Notes under the pieces: model-generated | What the model was told of the DNA's origin: nothing | The model's database searches: none | Seen by the model: only the letters and a program-made list of their open reading frames with translations | In this document: one piece after another, positions 48,001-58,560 of the stretch | Layout of the letters: every line of letters begins with the position of its first letter | Position numbering within the stretch: the first letter of the stretch is position 1 | Made by a program: the position numbers and the translations under genes | Assembly: GCF_018977255.1 (NCBI RefSeq) | Contig: NW_024704742.1 | Span: forward strand, 96,536,001-96,600,000 | Reading direction: 5' to 3' | Length of the DNA stretch: 64,000 bases | Source of the DNA: Callorhinchus milii | Taxonomy: Eukaryota

Positions 48001-51000
48001 TGAATTTTTTTTAAATAATCTATTGAGAGAATAGGACATACCTAAGCATTTTGACTCAGTTTTATATGAACTAATAAACCAGATGGTTCACATATAATGT
48101 GAATTAGCAAACTATTTCTTGGCTCCAGTTGAAAATATTCCATTAAATCTAAAAAAAATGAGCTGTAGCCTTGAACTGACTTATTTACACATTAACTCCA
48201 TCTTAAATATAGCAAATAGTCCACTTCTATTGCCACATATGGCCTTTTATCTGCCCTGGACAGCATATTCTCAAATAGATGAAGTAGACGCCAATTGATT
48301 TGCTGTCGACCACGGTAAATTAATAGCAACAAATTGCTGAGGGCCCCTGTCTTGCTACTCCACCATGCTTCAGCAGTTTTGCTTTATTTGCTTCATGATG
48401 GGCAGCAGTCAGGCCTCTTCAAGTCAATTTCTTCTTAACAACCTGCAATACTTCTCAGTAGTGAAAATACAGCCGTCCCTTGTAAGCCAGAAATCAATAC
48501 TCCTATTGCCCTTAGAAAATGCTAAACAAGCAGTATTGGCAATCCACTTGGTACTGGAGGGTATCGGATATAATGCAAATCATTACTGCTCTCCTCCTTG
48601 CAGTCGCTGTACTTCACTAAAAGGTTTCTAATGCCATTTATCATCATTTCCGATCGACGACTGCAGTTATGATTTAAGATTCAATCACTGGGCCAAGCCC
48701 TTCAATTTGTATTTAATTGTTTCAAGCAACAATCAAATTTCTGCTGTACATTTCTAGTGCTGGTGCTTTTCCCCTTCAGTCTAAGGGCCTTACAACATGA
48801 AGTTTCTGATCGATATCAGGTAAAACAGTTTCACAAAAACAAACTGGCTGCATCTATGCAGGGAATCTTGCTCCTGTTTTTGCGACATCGCTGTGCACAA
48901 TTGGCTGCTGCTTTAGTTTACAAAATAGTCACTACGCTTTAAGTAAATCCTGTGGAGCTCTTTGAGATGTCCTCCCAATGTAAAAGGTTCTCGATCAAAT
49001 CCAATGGTGTTTCTTTTGCACACATTCCAGTACATTCAGAATAATAATAATCCTTTTATTTGATATAGCCACGAACCCAGGTCCTCTTACTTGTGAGGCA
49101 AGCGCACTAACCACTACACTACGGGACTCCATGATAGCTTTTTAAGGCTCAAAAGAAACTATACAAGTAAATTTCACCCTACAAAAGAGAAATTTTAATG
49201 CATTGTAATAAAACTTGATACAGTACAGATGCTAGGAGAGAGCTGCTAGAATAAGGGATGGAGAATCAATTAAAGCATTGGCACATCACCCACTCCCCTA
49301 TTTCACCACAGAAAAGTCTGCAACATTCATTACAACCATTAGTGAATAGAACACAGCAGTGTACAGGCCCATTAAGAATCTCTACATAGTACTGTAGGGG
49401 GCTAGTAATGTTTTTGATCCAACAAGCTTGCCTCAGGAATGCACTTTTACCAAGTAATTAATTCTCTCTCCGTCCAGCATCCTAAAAATCTGGTTTCTTC
49501 AATTCAAGTATATTGCTCATTTTAAAATATGCATGGTTTTCAAAATATATCTGCATGGTTAATATCACAAAGTGCAGTCTACCTTAGAGTCCAATTTATA
49601 CTGATACAGCACACAAATGTCTCTTCCAAGTACAGACCCAGTCTTCAAATGAACTACTAATTAAGAAACAACTTTTAATGAATATTTTTAAATCTTACTG
49701 CATGGTGAGGGGGTAAATGTAGAGTGCACAGCTACCACATTTATCCCCTACCTATGGTCACACAGGAGTAAAAAAAATACGCAATTTCTACATAAAATTA
49801 AAACAGTAATTGTGAAGTCAAAACGTGATTTGGGCAGATAACAGCCACAAACCACTTGATCAATGTTCCTATTGCTTGCGATAGTCATCTGAATTAACCA
49901 CCATCATTCTTGTATTATTCTCTATGTTTCAAATGCTAACACACATATAATAATTTATTATATATAACTATAAAACACAAATTGATTAAAAGCTCTAATC
50001 CAAATGGAATTTGAATGTTCATAAGAATTATTTTTATTATAACTGAACCTTGACTGTAAGTCGGATTTTCTAGGCTTTTTAAGGCTCAGCAGTTAAGCTG
50101 GAAAATATTTCCATTTCTTCTGTTTAAAAAAAAGACACGGTTGCTTATTTAATGTGGTGCTACAGCTTAGGTCTTTAGCCTTTCAGGTGAAAAGCTGCTT
50201 GGTCACAAGAATCATAATAACTTGCATTATATAGCATCTTTAACTAAAAACTAAAAATCTCAAGATGAGAACTTATGTGAATGTAGTTTATGTAGGCAAA
50301 CGCAGCAGCGAAGCTGTGCCAGCAACTTTCCATAAACAAAAGATAAAAGGGGAACCAATGCTAAGAGTCGTGTCGATTCAAAGCACTCGCCATTAAGAAG
50401 ATAAGTGTCAGCAGATTTTGCTCATGTTTTAGTGGAACCTTTTAACTGCATGAAGAACTAGGATTAGGTCTTCCTCCCTTGTAAAGAAGCTCCCGTAATG
50501 TCCTCATGGGGAACATCCCAGAGCAGATCCTTGGGAAGCAATAGCGAGAGTTACTTAAAACTGGCCTGAAAGCTATAATATAATAATACTTGCATTTGAT
50601 ATAGCTTCTTATCACGTCGTTGAGACGTCTCAAAGCGTTTCACAGAATATAGGTTTTTAGGGGAAAAAGTTAAACAAAAATATCTCCCCCGACTTCAGTT
50701 CCCCTTCAAGAACTAAGCTGTGTGCAGATTCTCTGTACATCAGCGAAAATATTACATTAGCAAATCAGATGTATTCTAACTCAACTGTGTCACAACACAA
50801 GGTCAGATTCCCAAAACAGTTTATTCACTAACCAGCATAATGGCTTATGCACATAATAACTACTCCCCACCCTTCACTACGGCCACTCACTTCTTCTCGC
50901 CTACCACCCTACTCGCCTTTCTTCCAGAGCATTCCACAGCCTCCTTCTTTCTATTCCTGCCTGGGCATCCTCCGCCTGGCTCATCACATCCCGCAATGTT

Positions 51001-54000
51001 CCGAGATTCTACCCCGTGTGAAGGCGCTGTATAAATGAAGTTGATGTAACTGTATTACCAGATTTGTACATCTCTGTAAGAGATGAGTTTGGTAATTCTT
51101 AACACATCAAAAACACCAAAGCTCAAAAGGGTTTGTAAAAAGATAGCAAAGTGGAGAGGTCTAATCGAAACAAGTGCGAGATTGGTCTCTCACACACAAA
51201 TGTTCATATGACTGTGGGTCGGGGCTCAATTAATGCAGATATCTGTCTCTCTGTTGTAACTAAATTGAGGGGGTTAGATCGCATCAACCCCAAGAACAAA
51301 ATACTGATAATAATAGTGATCTGAACCTACAGTAGGTTACTGCTTTGGAATCGTGCTTTATATTAAATTATAGTATTTTATACAGTCTGTTTCGGTCGTT
51401 CATCTTTCTTCCCCCCCCCATTAGCATGTCTCACTGGTACATGGAAGAAGAGTGTACACACACCTACCCACCCCACACACAGTGAAAACACCATCATCAC
51501 TGACCGTTTGGAGCAACGATTTACAGTTGATTACAGAAAAACGTCAGTCAGTTTTGAAATTACAGTAGTAATCTCCACTTGCCCAGAGCATCTCAGGAAA
51601 CTCTTGAGGCCTCTCAGTTTAATTAGTATAGGAGCCATTTATCACCTCACACATTCTTGACAAATTGACAATATTGCTAAGTTAGCCCATTAAAATGTAG
51701 AGAGGTTACTGTCTGGGATAGCCAGGTTCAGCCCCCCCCATCCTGAAAATTTATAAAATTGTTCTGAATGGCAAAAAAAAGTTACGAGAGGTAAATTAAA
51801 CTAAAACATTAATTCATTAAATATTTGAACAAAGAATACTTTTGTTTTATTTTAATCCTTTTAAGTACGATCAACACTATTTCAATCAGCACTGTGAGGA
51901 AGAGCAAATAAGAGACTGCAGAGCACCTTGGCACACCTACTACGCAGATACAATCTAGTGAAATAATGAATCTAGTTCACACTACATTAACCCGTTTTGA
52001 ATGTAAAAATAATCCTGTAAAAAGCGAGTAGCATTATATGGCACTAACCAGCTATTTCAATAACTATCATTATGCATGAACCACCTGTTGGAAACTGTTC
52101 ATCCAAACAGGCTCAAATGCAGAAGTTGGAAACAAAAGATATTCTGGCAAAAAAATATTGTTATGTACAAGTTTCTATGGAGGCTCCAACACTGGACACA
52201 TGATATTAGAAACGTCACACACACACCAAGGATATTTTTGTCAATATAATTTTTTTTAAATTTAATTTTCTTGGTCCACTTAATCCTCCCATCCTATTCC
52301 CAACCAATTACATTCCTTACAATTTTAGCCAGTCTTCGGTAGCTTTTAATGCAAGGCAGGTCTTCATATTTTTGTATTTCTCTATACTTAGGGTTAGAGA
52401 TAGAAAATTGGAGAGACTCAAGAGAGTGAGACAAAAAGACCCAGGGAAAAAGAGTAAAAGAAAAGGAGTTTATAGGGTGTGGTACTAATTATGGTGTTTA
52501 ATCACTAAAGGAACAATTTCTTAGTTAGCACTGTATCCAACTTGTACAATTAGGCAATAGAAAGCCAATACAAAGAATTGTAATTGTCTTTGATTGAAAT
52601 CTGTGTGGGATTCATGATGAAAAATAGTGAGCAGAATACAATGGGGAGGGGAAGTGGCAGGGGGTGCAAGAGAGGAAATATCCTCAGTGTGCCTGGAGTA
52701 TTGCAGTTATCTGGAGATTAACTTTGTAAATCACAGTCGTGATTGCAGTCACCATTCTGCGTTCCGATAAAAGCATTGTACATTTTAGTTTTATAAAGCC
52801 GGAAAGAAGAAAGGAAACAAACATGAACTTCTAAAGAATCAGAATCATCAATTACGAAGGTACATCTATGGAGCTTTCCTCTGGAACTCAAGATGCGAAC
52901 ATTAAGTGAATATGCCTAACTTGATGAAAAACTAAGCTGAATATTACAACAAAGCAAACTGACTACATTATTGCCAATTTTCTATTGAAAGAGCTGGCAG
53001 TGAGAGCATTTCGATGAGCAGTAAAAAGAATTCAGGTTATCAGCCTAAGAAAAGCAAAGACACGCATGCCACTGAGCTTAAGAGAGAGAGAAAAAAACAC
53101 AAGGAGAAGCCAAGTGGTTTGTAAGTTTTCCAGCGTTTATATATTTGGATAATTTTCCCTCAGGCCTTTGGTTATGACTGAATGCACCCAGCTGAAAAAC
53201 GCTGATCTTAAAATAATTTTGTGGATATATGCTTCCAAGCAGTTAGCGATGCATGTGTATGCAAAAAGAAAAGTGAAGAAAAAGGAAACCGAAGCTCACC
53301 GAGAAACTTTAAAGCACCCAAGCATTCACATTGTTATGCAACGAGTCGTTACGATCAAGTTAAATCGGTTAGAAATTTGGAATCTATTGGCACCTCCATT
53401 TGTGTTCAGCTTACTCACGTAGAAATGCAGCACAGTAAAAATAATTCTGAAAATAATGAACATTCTGTAATATTGACTGCTTATACAGTAGAAAGAAACT
53501 CTCTTTCAATATTAGCCAAATTGCAGCTCGCATTATCACTATGGCTACTTGTAATCTACATGGGCCAGGCACAGATCATCAACTTCAAACCATGATTATT
53601 TATTAAAGAATTAAGCTGATATTACTGTATTCCTTTTTGACAATATCATTGTTCAACTATCTGCATTTTATTTCATATGAAAGCGAAGCAAAGGAATTCC
53701 TCCCTTTACTTTATTGCCAAAAATATTAAATGAGGTAATTCACCCAAGCTGTACATGTTAGCGATACTCTTAAAATGCACATTGTTACATAATCGGCTGA
53801 ATTAGAATAGTTCAGACTGCCACGCATCCCAACATCCACTTTAAAAAGAGCTATTGCAGATTTTCCCCCTGGGATTTAATCACATTTAAACCAGAATCTT
53901 TTTACCCTCAAATATAAAGGCTATTTTGCACAGTGCAAAACCTGAAATATAGATGTTAATAGATCCATTTTTTTCTCCAAGCAGCCCATAATAAAAAAAA

Positions 54001-57000
54001 GGTCAAATTTGGTACATGCCCACTTCCAAGATACTAGTATGAAAAAAGTCTTAAAAGCTTGACAAAATGTTTATCTTAAAATCTTATTTATCCGGTGCTA
54101 TTGTTTCCCTCATAAATATGGTACGTCAGCAGTTTTAAAAAAAGAGTAAACACAAAGACCAATGGTTTCATACAATTATTGGATTTTGACGTCCTGACAA
54201 TAAATAGCACTGTGCCTTTGCAGTATTCCCACAATCATCCTTTAATGATATTTAACCAAAAATATGTCATTTCCAGCAGATGAACAGCAATATTTTATTC
54301 AGGCATATTTAAAATTAAACCAACAATGCAAATTTCAGAGTGTAAAATTTCAATCTGTTCAGTCCACATTAAGGTTTTAACACATTTTACAAAAACAGTT
54401 TACTTAGGGTTTTTTTTAAAAAAAATAAAAATGAGCTAATTTACACCCTCCTTCCAAACACACAATCTTCCACAGAGAAATCGAGCCAGTTGCGGTTTCA
54501 TGCATCACAGTCCAGAGCGTGCTGAAAAACCATCTACTTCCCCACATGGGGATTCACAGGCAGAAAACTGCTCAATTCCACCCAAACTAGAAGGTGGTTT
54601 TTAGCCTGAACTAATGACCAGTCTGTGAGAAGCACCAATTTGATCCTCATTACTGTCCCCTATCAGGGCTCATTTGCTGTGCGATTTTTGAAACTAACAG
54701 CCGGTATTTCCTGATTAGACCATATCCAAGTAGTGCCAAGGGACCAGTAGAGAGGGTCTTATTCTAATGACGGCTTCTTCTGGCCTGCAGTGTATTCTGA
54801 ATAGCTATCAAATTACAATGCGTCTTCTCTGATCTGGATTTTCAGTTTCCACTTCCTGCTCACAGTATCTGATGCGGGACTACTTGGGACTCTTTCTGGT
54901 TAAAAACAAAATTTGTTCCAATGTTGTGTGGTCAACCTAAACAAGTCGTGTTTAATAACCGTAAAGAATATGTTCTGCAGAGCATTATGATTTGTGACAT
55001 CAGGTTTTACTAGCATTTATCAGGCAGATATTTACACGACTCAGAAATCATCTTTACAAGATGTGTATGGAGGAAAGGGGCAACAGAAACTCTATTACAA
55101 CCATGACTGGTTGATTTTAATTATCTCGCCAATTATAAAACAAGCAAAGCAACAACTCCACAATATGCGAAACAGCCCATGAATCCCGAAATAAATCATT
55201 CAACATTAGGATCAGATTTCTTTTTGCCTTTAAAAAAAGTACTGCTTTTTTCATTACAAAATTGTCGTCTCAGAAAAAAATTGAAACTGCCGTATTAACA
55301 TATAACTAAATTATGATTCAAATACGGGTAGAGGAAGTGTGGCATTTAGCTTATAAATAGTAAGGACCTGTAACTCACAAGCAGACAAACTTGACAAAAT
55401 CTGGTTAGGTCTTATATAAAAAAAAACTTAAAATGCAGTTGTTAGTACAAAGCCTAACCGCCAACAGTCATGGTTTATTTTTTGATCTTCACACCCATGA
55501 AATTCAGACCCCGTGCCCCAAAGGGTGAGATTAACAATCATGATAAGTAGAATATTGAACTGATGAACTCACTACCATAGTTCTTTCACAGGGGTGAAAG
55601 ATATGTAAAAAAACATAACACTGCACATCAGAAGAATTATATTTCAACTGTTATAATATTTTGAATTTTTGCTGATATAAAATATCACTATAGTGTGGAA
55701 ATATCCTCAACACCAACTAGGGATATTGAATTCGATCTGCTTTGATATAGATATAGTATTGCCTTAGTACATTTTCCATGATCTTATTTTATATGTTAAA
55801 CCCTTTGATACTTGAATGCAGAAGCCCCCCATCTCTAGTTAATATTTTTTCATGAAATAAATTGTCATTTTTTATCTTTACGTCACATATTCATCAAAAG
55901 TAGCCACTTCTAGTATGTCATTCATATAATGTAGAATCAATTCTTGTAACAAAATGTGTTAAAACCATCACAATTCCACTGTCAAGGTTGCAACCCAAGC
56001 GCTCAGCAAATGCAACACTAGCCCTTAAGGAATTCAACAACCCTATCAGTATACAGCCTTCCAATTCTTCCTGTATGCACTTCAGTGATGAAATTCATAC
56101 TTCAACTGGATCACACCATAACATTTTCAGGTAACCAAACAGAATTCCTTAATATTCCTTCCAAGTAATTGATTGAATCTTACCTGTTTGTGCATTTCTA
56201 TATTCAGGCCGTAAGACATTTCATAATACTGTGGAAGGCAAAGCAATACGACAAATTACTTGTAAATTCACAATTCCGTGAGCACTATCACAGAATAAAA
56301 TAATATAAAGAGGCCTCGAGTTGTTTTGTGCCAAACCTCCCTCCCATTACAAACAATTACACAAGAGTCAAAAAGAAAAAGATCACCCTCTTCTATTTTC
56401 GGACTTACCATGACATAATGGCGTTGCATTTCTGTCTTTTCACTGGCCAGCTTTTCACATTCCAGTTTCAAACTGTTTAAAGAAAGAAAAATAGTTCAAA
56501 GCACATTTTATATGTGGACATTTTATATGTGCTGCCGGCAATAGTTCTTTCTACATAAATGATCCTTCTCGGATCATTAGAAGTGGTGCATTACTAACAC
56601 AGGATACACCTAATTAAGGGCTGTACAGCACACATTTTTCTCGAAATTATTTATGACGCCCACTCTAAGTATATGCAAAAAGAGGAGAGGACAGATTGAA
56701 AGACTTAACATTTTATCAAATGGAAATACGAAACGCAACAAACGTGACCCCTGAAAAAGAGTTATTTCTGGTCAGCAATAACTGCATTAAAATTTAGGAT
56801 CAGAAATGGGATGGATTACCATTTTCTTATCAGAGGAGGGAGGGTGGGGGTGGGTGGGGTGGGGGTGTGGGTGGAGAATACATTTGTGCATAACTAGAAA
56901 AAATAGTCACACGATTTATTTTTACTCGATAAACATGTAGGAAACGGTTCCAAATGCAGGAACTTTTTTTTTAAAAAAAAAAACCTGCAACTGCAGCCCA

Positions 57001-58338
57001 ACATCTGCTGGAAATATGAAAGTGAACTGAACTGGTGGCGGGTGCGAGAAATTAACAAAAGGGGGAAAAAGAAAAACCCCTCTGCGATCCCCACTGAGCA
57101 TCACACGGACCTCCTGCAGCCGACCATTTAAAGGCTTGAAATAAATATACTAACTGGATAAGTTGGTGCTCCCAACCGGTCAGTGATTTTCATCACGTTT
57201 TGGGGGTCTCTCTTCTTTTTTTTTTAAAATGGGAATAAAAAACCGAGACAGCTTCACCCCCTGGAAACCTGGCAACGGTTACCCAGGGAGGGAGAGGGGC
57301 TGCAAAGAGCGCTCCTCGGCCGTCACACGGGTGTGAGTGGAAGTATAAATGAATTCGGAAAGAGAAATAAAAGGGGAATAACGTGGAGCGAAGTTGTGTT
57401 CCTTTTTACATCCCAAAACGTCTAAAGCCTTTGGCGCTCGCGTTTCGTGTCACATCTCTCGCTGTGTTGTACCGACTCTCTCCCCTCCTCCTCCTCCTCC
57501 TCCTCCTCCCGCCCTCACCTCGAGCAACAGAACAAAACAAAACACCGTCGTCTGACGATTAAAACGACACCTCTCAATCCGGTGCTTTCGGTAAATTCGG
57601 AACGGGATGAATGACGACGCGACTGGAAAGCGGCGGCAGATGTCGGGGCTTCGCACCGGGAAGAGGTTCGCACCCACTCCCCAACACCCCGTCTCCGACC
57701 AGAGCCCCGGGGGAGTGGGGGGGAAATCACTCACTCCCCACTGAACACCTACCTCCGGCGGTGGGGGAGACAGCCCGGGGGTGGCACCGGGGCTCCCGCG
57801 GAGCCAAATGTCCATCGCCACATCAAAATACACTGCCGGACGGACTTGCGGCATCGCGCGGGATGGTTGTGCGGGTGTGCGGGTGTGTGGGTGTGCGGGT
57901 GTGTGCGGGTGTAGGTGTGGACTGTGCGGCCGTGTGTGTACCTGTGGTACTGCGCTTGCAAAAACTGAAATTCCTCCTTGATGCGGTCGCACGATTCGGA
58001 GATGGTGAATTTAAAGGGCTGAGCCGGCTGGTGAGGAGCCTGCAAACCCAAACACACACACACACAGCGAGCATCAGCACTGACACCAACTGGGAACAAC
58101 CGGACGGGCATCTTATTCATCGCCATTTGCTTAACACGAACCGAGAGAGCGCGCAAACGTAAACAGTGTTACTTCGCACGTCCACAAATATTTATTCAAA
58201 GGCTATAATTAAACTCGTGCGGAGAGAGCAGCGAAGCTTTCGCATATGCACGTCCGTGACATCTCAGCAAAACACAACACAACACAACACACACACACAC
58301 ACATAAACACTTACGGGATGTCTGGCTTGAGGATACAT
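38..58338 (-). CDS. TLE4: Transducin-like enhancer of split (Groucho family) corepressor, TLE4-like; spliced, 3'-partial gene model (coding exons 1-8; Q, GP and start of CcN domain)
   Basis: Eight exons joined by GT-AG give an uninterrupted 190-codon frame. [58 protein letters not shown] and DRDS(V)K match TLE4 as I recall it better than TLE1 (TIPESLDR) or TLE3 (PGQPGFKFTVAES). Exon sizes 24/98/64/45/63/75/184/17 fit the TLE gene layout. Confidence 0.93.
2087..2270 (-). CDS. TLE4: TLE4 coding exon 7 (GP domain, [14 protein letters not shown]...[14 protein letters not shown]); 5' boundary uncertain in 3-nt steps
   Basis: ttctcaacag|CAG CAG CAG CAG TTA CAG GCC ... CAA AGA G|gtgagc; lies within ORF 2052..2351. 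Confidence 0.95.
6600..6890 (+). mobile_element. Two tandem SINE 3' fragments
   Basis: TTTACAGTATATTCTGTGAA...CTATATCAAATGCAAG(T/G)ATT occurs twice (ending ~6745 and ~6890). A similar fragment lies at ~3420-3530. Confidence 0.8.
9815..10035 (-). mobile_element. CR1-clade LINE 3' end
   Basis: [17 protein letters not shown]...RKLDIFL followed by GGGCCAAATGGCCTCTTGTG, a CR1-type 3' UTR. Confidence 0.8.
10388..10550 (+). mobile_element. SINE family A, internally deleted (tRNA head joined to tail)
   Basis: GTAGCTCAGTGGTTAGAGCACTCG...GGTTCGATTCCCGG is followed shortly by CTATATCAAATGCAAGGATTATTA. Confidence 0.85.
12375..12740 (+). mobile_element. Two tandem degenerate CR1 3' ends
   Basis: GCATT(T/C)AAG...TTGATG...TATAAA...GTTG(G/T)(G/A)CC(A/C)AATG(G/C)CC(A)GTTTCCAT occurs twice. 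Confidence 0.55.
14180..14863 (+). mobile_element. L2-clade LINE, 5'-truncated (ORF2 C-terminus, 3' UTR, (TTG)n tail); young-looking
   Basis: The frame from 14183 reads [16 protein letters not shown]...[17 protein letters not shown]...QNSAAR...[13 protein letters not shown]...[12 protein letters not shown], all typical L2 motifs. The tail is GACGTGAAAGGCGCTCTATAAATGAAATCTTGTTGTTG. Confidence 0.92.
16005..16345 (+). mobile_element. CR1 LINE 3' fragment
   Basis: LGLFSL(D)RR-like CTAGGGCTCTTCAGTCTCGACAGAAGAAG and FFTQRV-like TTTTTCTTTACTCAGAGGGTA segments. Confidence 0.7.
16835..17235 (+). mobile_element. Older SINE-like repeat (family C); an inverted related copy lies at ~25135-25530
   Basis: Shares CAGACCAGA, CACACATGAA(G/T)AATG and TGCCTTCAGGAG..GAGGGG with the reverse complement of 25135-25530, which has a B-box-like GGTTCAAATTCC. 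Confidence 0.55.
20255..20700 (-). mobile_element. L2 LINE fragment, degenerate
   Basis: ORFs 20260..20727 and 20306..20503 contain IQNSA...ITPVLAMLH and [11 protein letters not shown] motifs with frameshifts. Confidence 0.85.
23715..23940 (-). mobile_element. CR1 3' fragment
   Basis: [13 protein letters not shown]...MKGSGERAG followed by GGGACAAATGGCCCCCTTTCTGTGC. Confidence 0.7.
24045..24119 (-). CDS. TLE4: TLE4 coding exon 6 ([25 protein letters not shown]), 75 nt; may extend to 24015 via an alternative donor
   Basis: ctttcag|CAC CAA CAG CAA GTG ... ATC ATC GGG|gtacgt. Confidence 0.97.
25585..25957 (+). mobile_element. Full-length tRNA-derived SINE (family A) with Deu-like 3' body and L2-type tail, (TTA)n
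   Basis: A box TAGCTCAGTGG, B box GGTTTGATTCC, body GCTGTTTGTGGGACACTGCTGTGCACAATTGGCTGCC, tail CTATCAAATGCAAGGATTATTATTA. Confidence 0.9.
26602..26664 (-). CDS. TLE4: TLE4 coding exon 5 ([21 protein letters not shown]), 63 nt
   Basis: tttcag|GCT GAA ATT GTC AAG AGG ... TCT CAG GAG|gtaagt; not present in the ORF track. Confidence 0.97.
27830..28650 (+). mobile_element. L2 LINE fragment with 3' tail
   Basis: [12 protein letters not shown] and LHWLPI-like motifs; ends in GGGACATCCTCCTGATGTGAAAGGCGTTATACAAATGTAA. Confidence 0.85.
28872..29155 (-). mobile_element. L2 3' end, near-identical to the 14.64-14.86 kb copy, containing a 45-bp tandem duplication (28966-29010/29011-29055)
   Basis: The reverse complement matches CCTTCGCCTTGCTTCCTCCCTTTCCTCCTTCAAGGCCGGTCTCAA...; the tail reads (CAA)n on the plus strand. 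Confidence 0.9.
29160..29575 (+). mobile_element. Degenerate L2 fragment
   Basis: [15 protein letters not shown] segment, CTCTGGAACTCTC and a decayed tail AAATTGTTGTTG. Confidence 0.7.
30088..30443 (-). mobile_element. SINE family A copy; its 5'-most head is displaced to 32099-32124 by the L2 insertion
   Basis: The reverse complement aligns along its length with 25608-25957. Confidence 0.9.
30444..32098 (-). mobile_element. L2 LINE (~1.65 kb, RT domain to 3' tail) inserted into a SINE head
   Basis: ORFs 31333..31800 ([11 protein letters not shown]...[14 protein letters not shown]...[12 protein letters not shown]), 30998..31243 and 30574..31068 ([13 protein letters not shown]) are frameshifted RT pieces. 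CTCTA is duplicated at both flanks. Confidence 0.9.
32235..32600 (-). mobile_element. L2 fragment
   Basis: ORF 32242..32601 contains [16 protein letters not shown]...[13 protein letters not shown]...LVHTFI. Confidence 0.85.
33770..33845 (+). mobile_element. Possible Tigger/pogo-type DNA-transposon or MITE end
   Basis: CAGTCGAAATCCGATTATCCG...GCAGATAA...GGATAATTGG resembles Tigger-like TIR/subterminal repeats; I found no partner TIR. Confidence 0.35.
34540..34875. mobile_element. Two L2 3' tails, tail-to-tail (plus ~34540-34715; minus ~34775-34875)
   Basis: CCGACGTGAAAGGCGCTATACAAATGTAATCTTGTTGTTG, followed by the reverse-complement form CCTTTCACGTCAGGAGGACGTCC. Confidence 0.75.
40603..40860 (+). 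mobile_element. SINE family A, partial
   Basis: Runs from B box GGGTTCGATTCCCGG to CACTTTACAGTATATTCTGTGAAG. Further partial copies lie at ~39770-39910, 43025-43135(-), 45100-45255(-), 47275-47465, 48860-49000, 49040-49131(-), 50575-50650(-) and 62420-62580. Confidence 0.85.
40895..41550 (+). mobile_element. CR1 LINE ORF2 fragment (RT C-terminal part)
   Basis: KF(T)[27 protein letters not shown] and LERVQRR...[11 protein letters not shown]...[15 protein letters not shown] motifs, frameshifted. Confidence 0.88.
45406..45820 (-). mobile_element. SacSINE1/DeuSINE-like SINE (family B) with full central domain
   Basis: Minus strand reads GGCTCAGTTGGTAACAC...GAGGTGCTGTCCTTTCGATGAGACGTAAAAC...GATCCCATGGCACTATTTGAAAG...GGTGTCCTGGCCAAC, which resembles my recollection of the Deu-domain SINE consensus. 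Confidence 0.75.
56184..56228 (-). CDS. TLE4: TLE4 coding exon 4 ([15 protein letters not shown]), 45 nt
   Basis: ccacag|TAT TAT GAA ATG TCT TAC GGC CTG AAT ATA GAA ATG CAC AAA CAG|gtaaga; highly conserved Groucho Q-domain motif. Confidence 0.97.
56409..56472 (-). CDS. TLE4: TLE4 coding exon 3 ([22 protein letters not shown]), 64 nt
   Basis: aaacag|T TTG AAA CTG ... GTC ATG|gtaagt; its phase matches exon 2 (AG+T = Ser). Confidence 0.97.
57942..58039 (-). CDS. TLE4: TLE4 coding exon 2 ([33 protein letters not shown]), 98 nt
   Basis: tttgcag|GCT CCT CAC ... TAC CAC AG|gtacac; also visible inside ORF 57749..58156. Confidence 0.97.
58270..58303 (+). repeat. (AACAC)n/(CA)n microsatellite at the 5' end of intron 1
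   Basis: Read directly. Other microsatellites are at 46112-46136 (TG), 57484-57509 (CCT), 58393-58413 (GAGT), 59955-59975 (CT), 60781-60819 (CT/GT), 60953-61068 (GA), and 61539-61557 and 61850-61868 (CA). Confidence 0.9.
58315..58338 (-). CDS. TLE4: TLE4 coding exon 1 (MYPQARHP)
   Basis: Minus strand reads GGCGAG-ATG TAT CCT CAA GCC AGA CAT CCC|gtaagt. There is a purine at -3, and an in-frame upstream TGA excludes an N-terminal extension. Confidence 0.95.
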
Positions 58339-58360
58339 CTCGCCCCCGAGATTTTCGTTT

Positions 58361-58387
58361 TCAGTTTGGCAGGTGATTTTGTGTCAT
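58361..58387 (-). other. Upstream ORF (MTQNHLPN*) in the 5' UTR
   Basis: ATG ACA CAA AAT CAC CTG CCA AAC TGA ends 22 nt before the main ATG. It is out of frame with the CDS and in weak context (TCAATGA). Confidence 0.6.
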
Positions 58388-58560
58388 TGAGCGAGTGAGT
58401 GAGTGAGTGAGTGAGAGCCTCGGAATTGATTCAACAACCGAAAGAGGGCGGAGGGGAAGTGGGGGGTAAAACCCAAAAGAAAACACACACTGACACGCGC
58501 GCGTGAGAAGTGAGAGAAAGGAGGGAGGGAGGGAAGGAGGGTAAAGAAAGAGGTCAAATG

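Noticed and set aside
57450..58162. ORFs of 135-183 aa around exon 2
   Set aside because: Only the 98-nt exon is TLE-like; the rest is GC-rich intron and microsatellite read-through.
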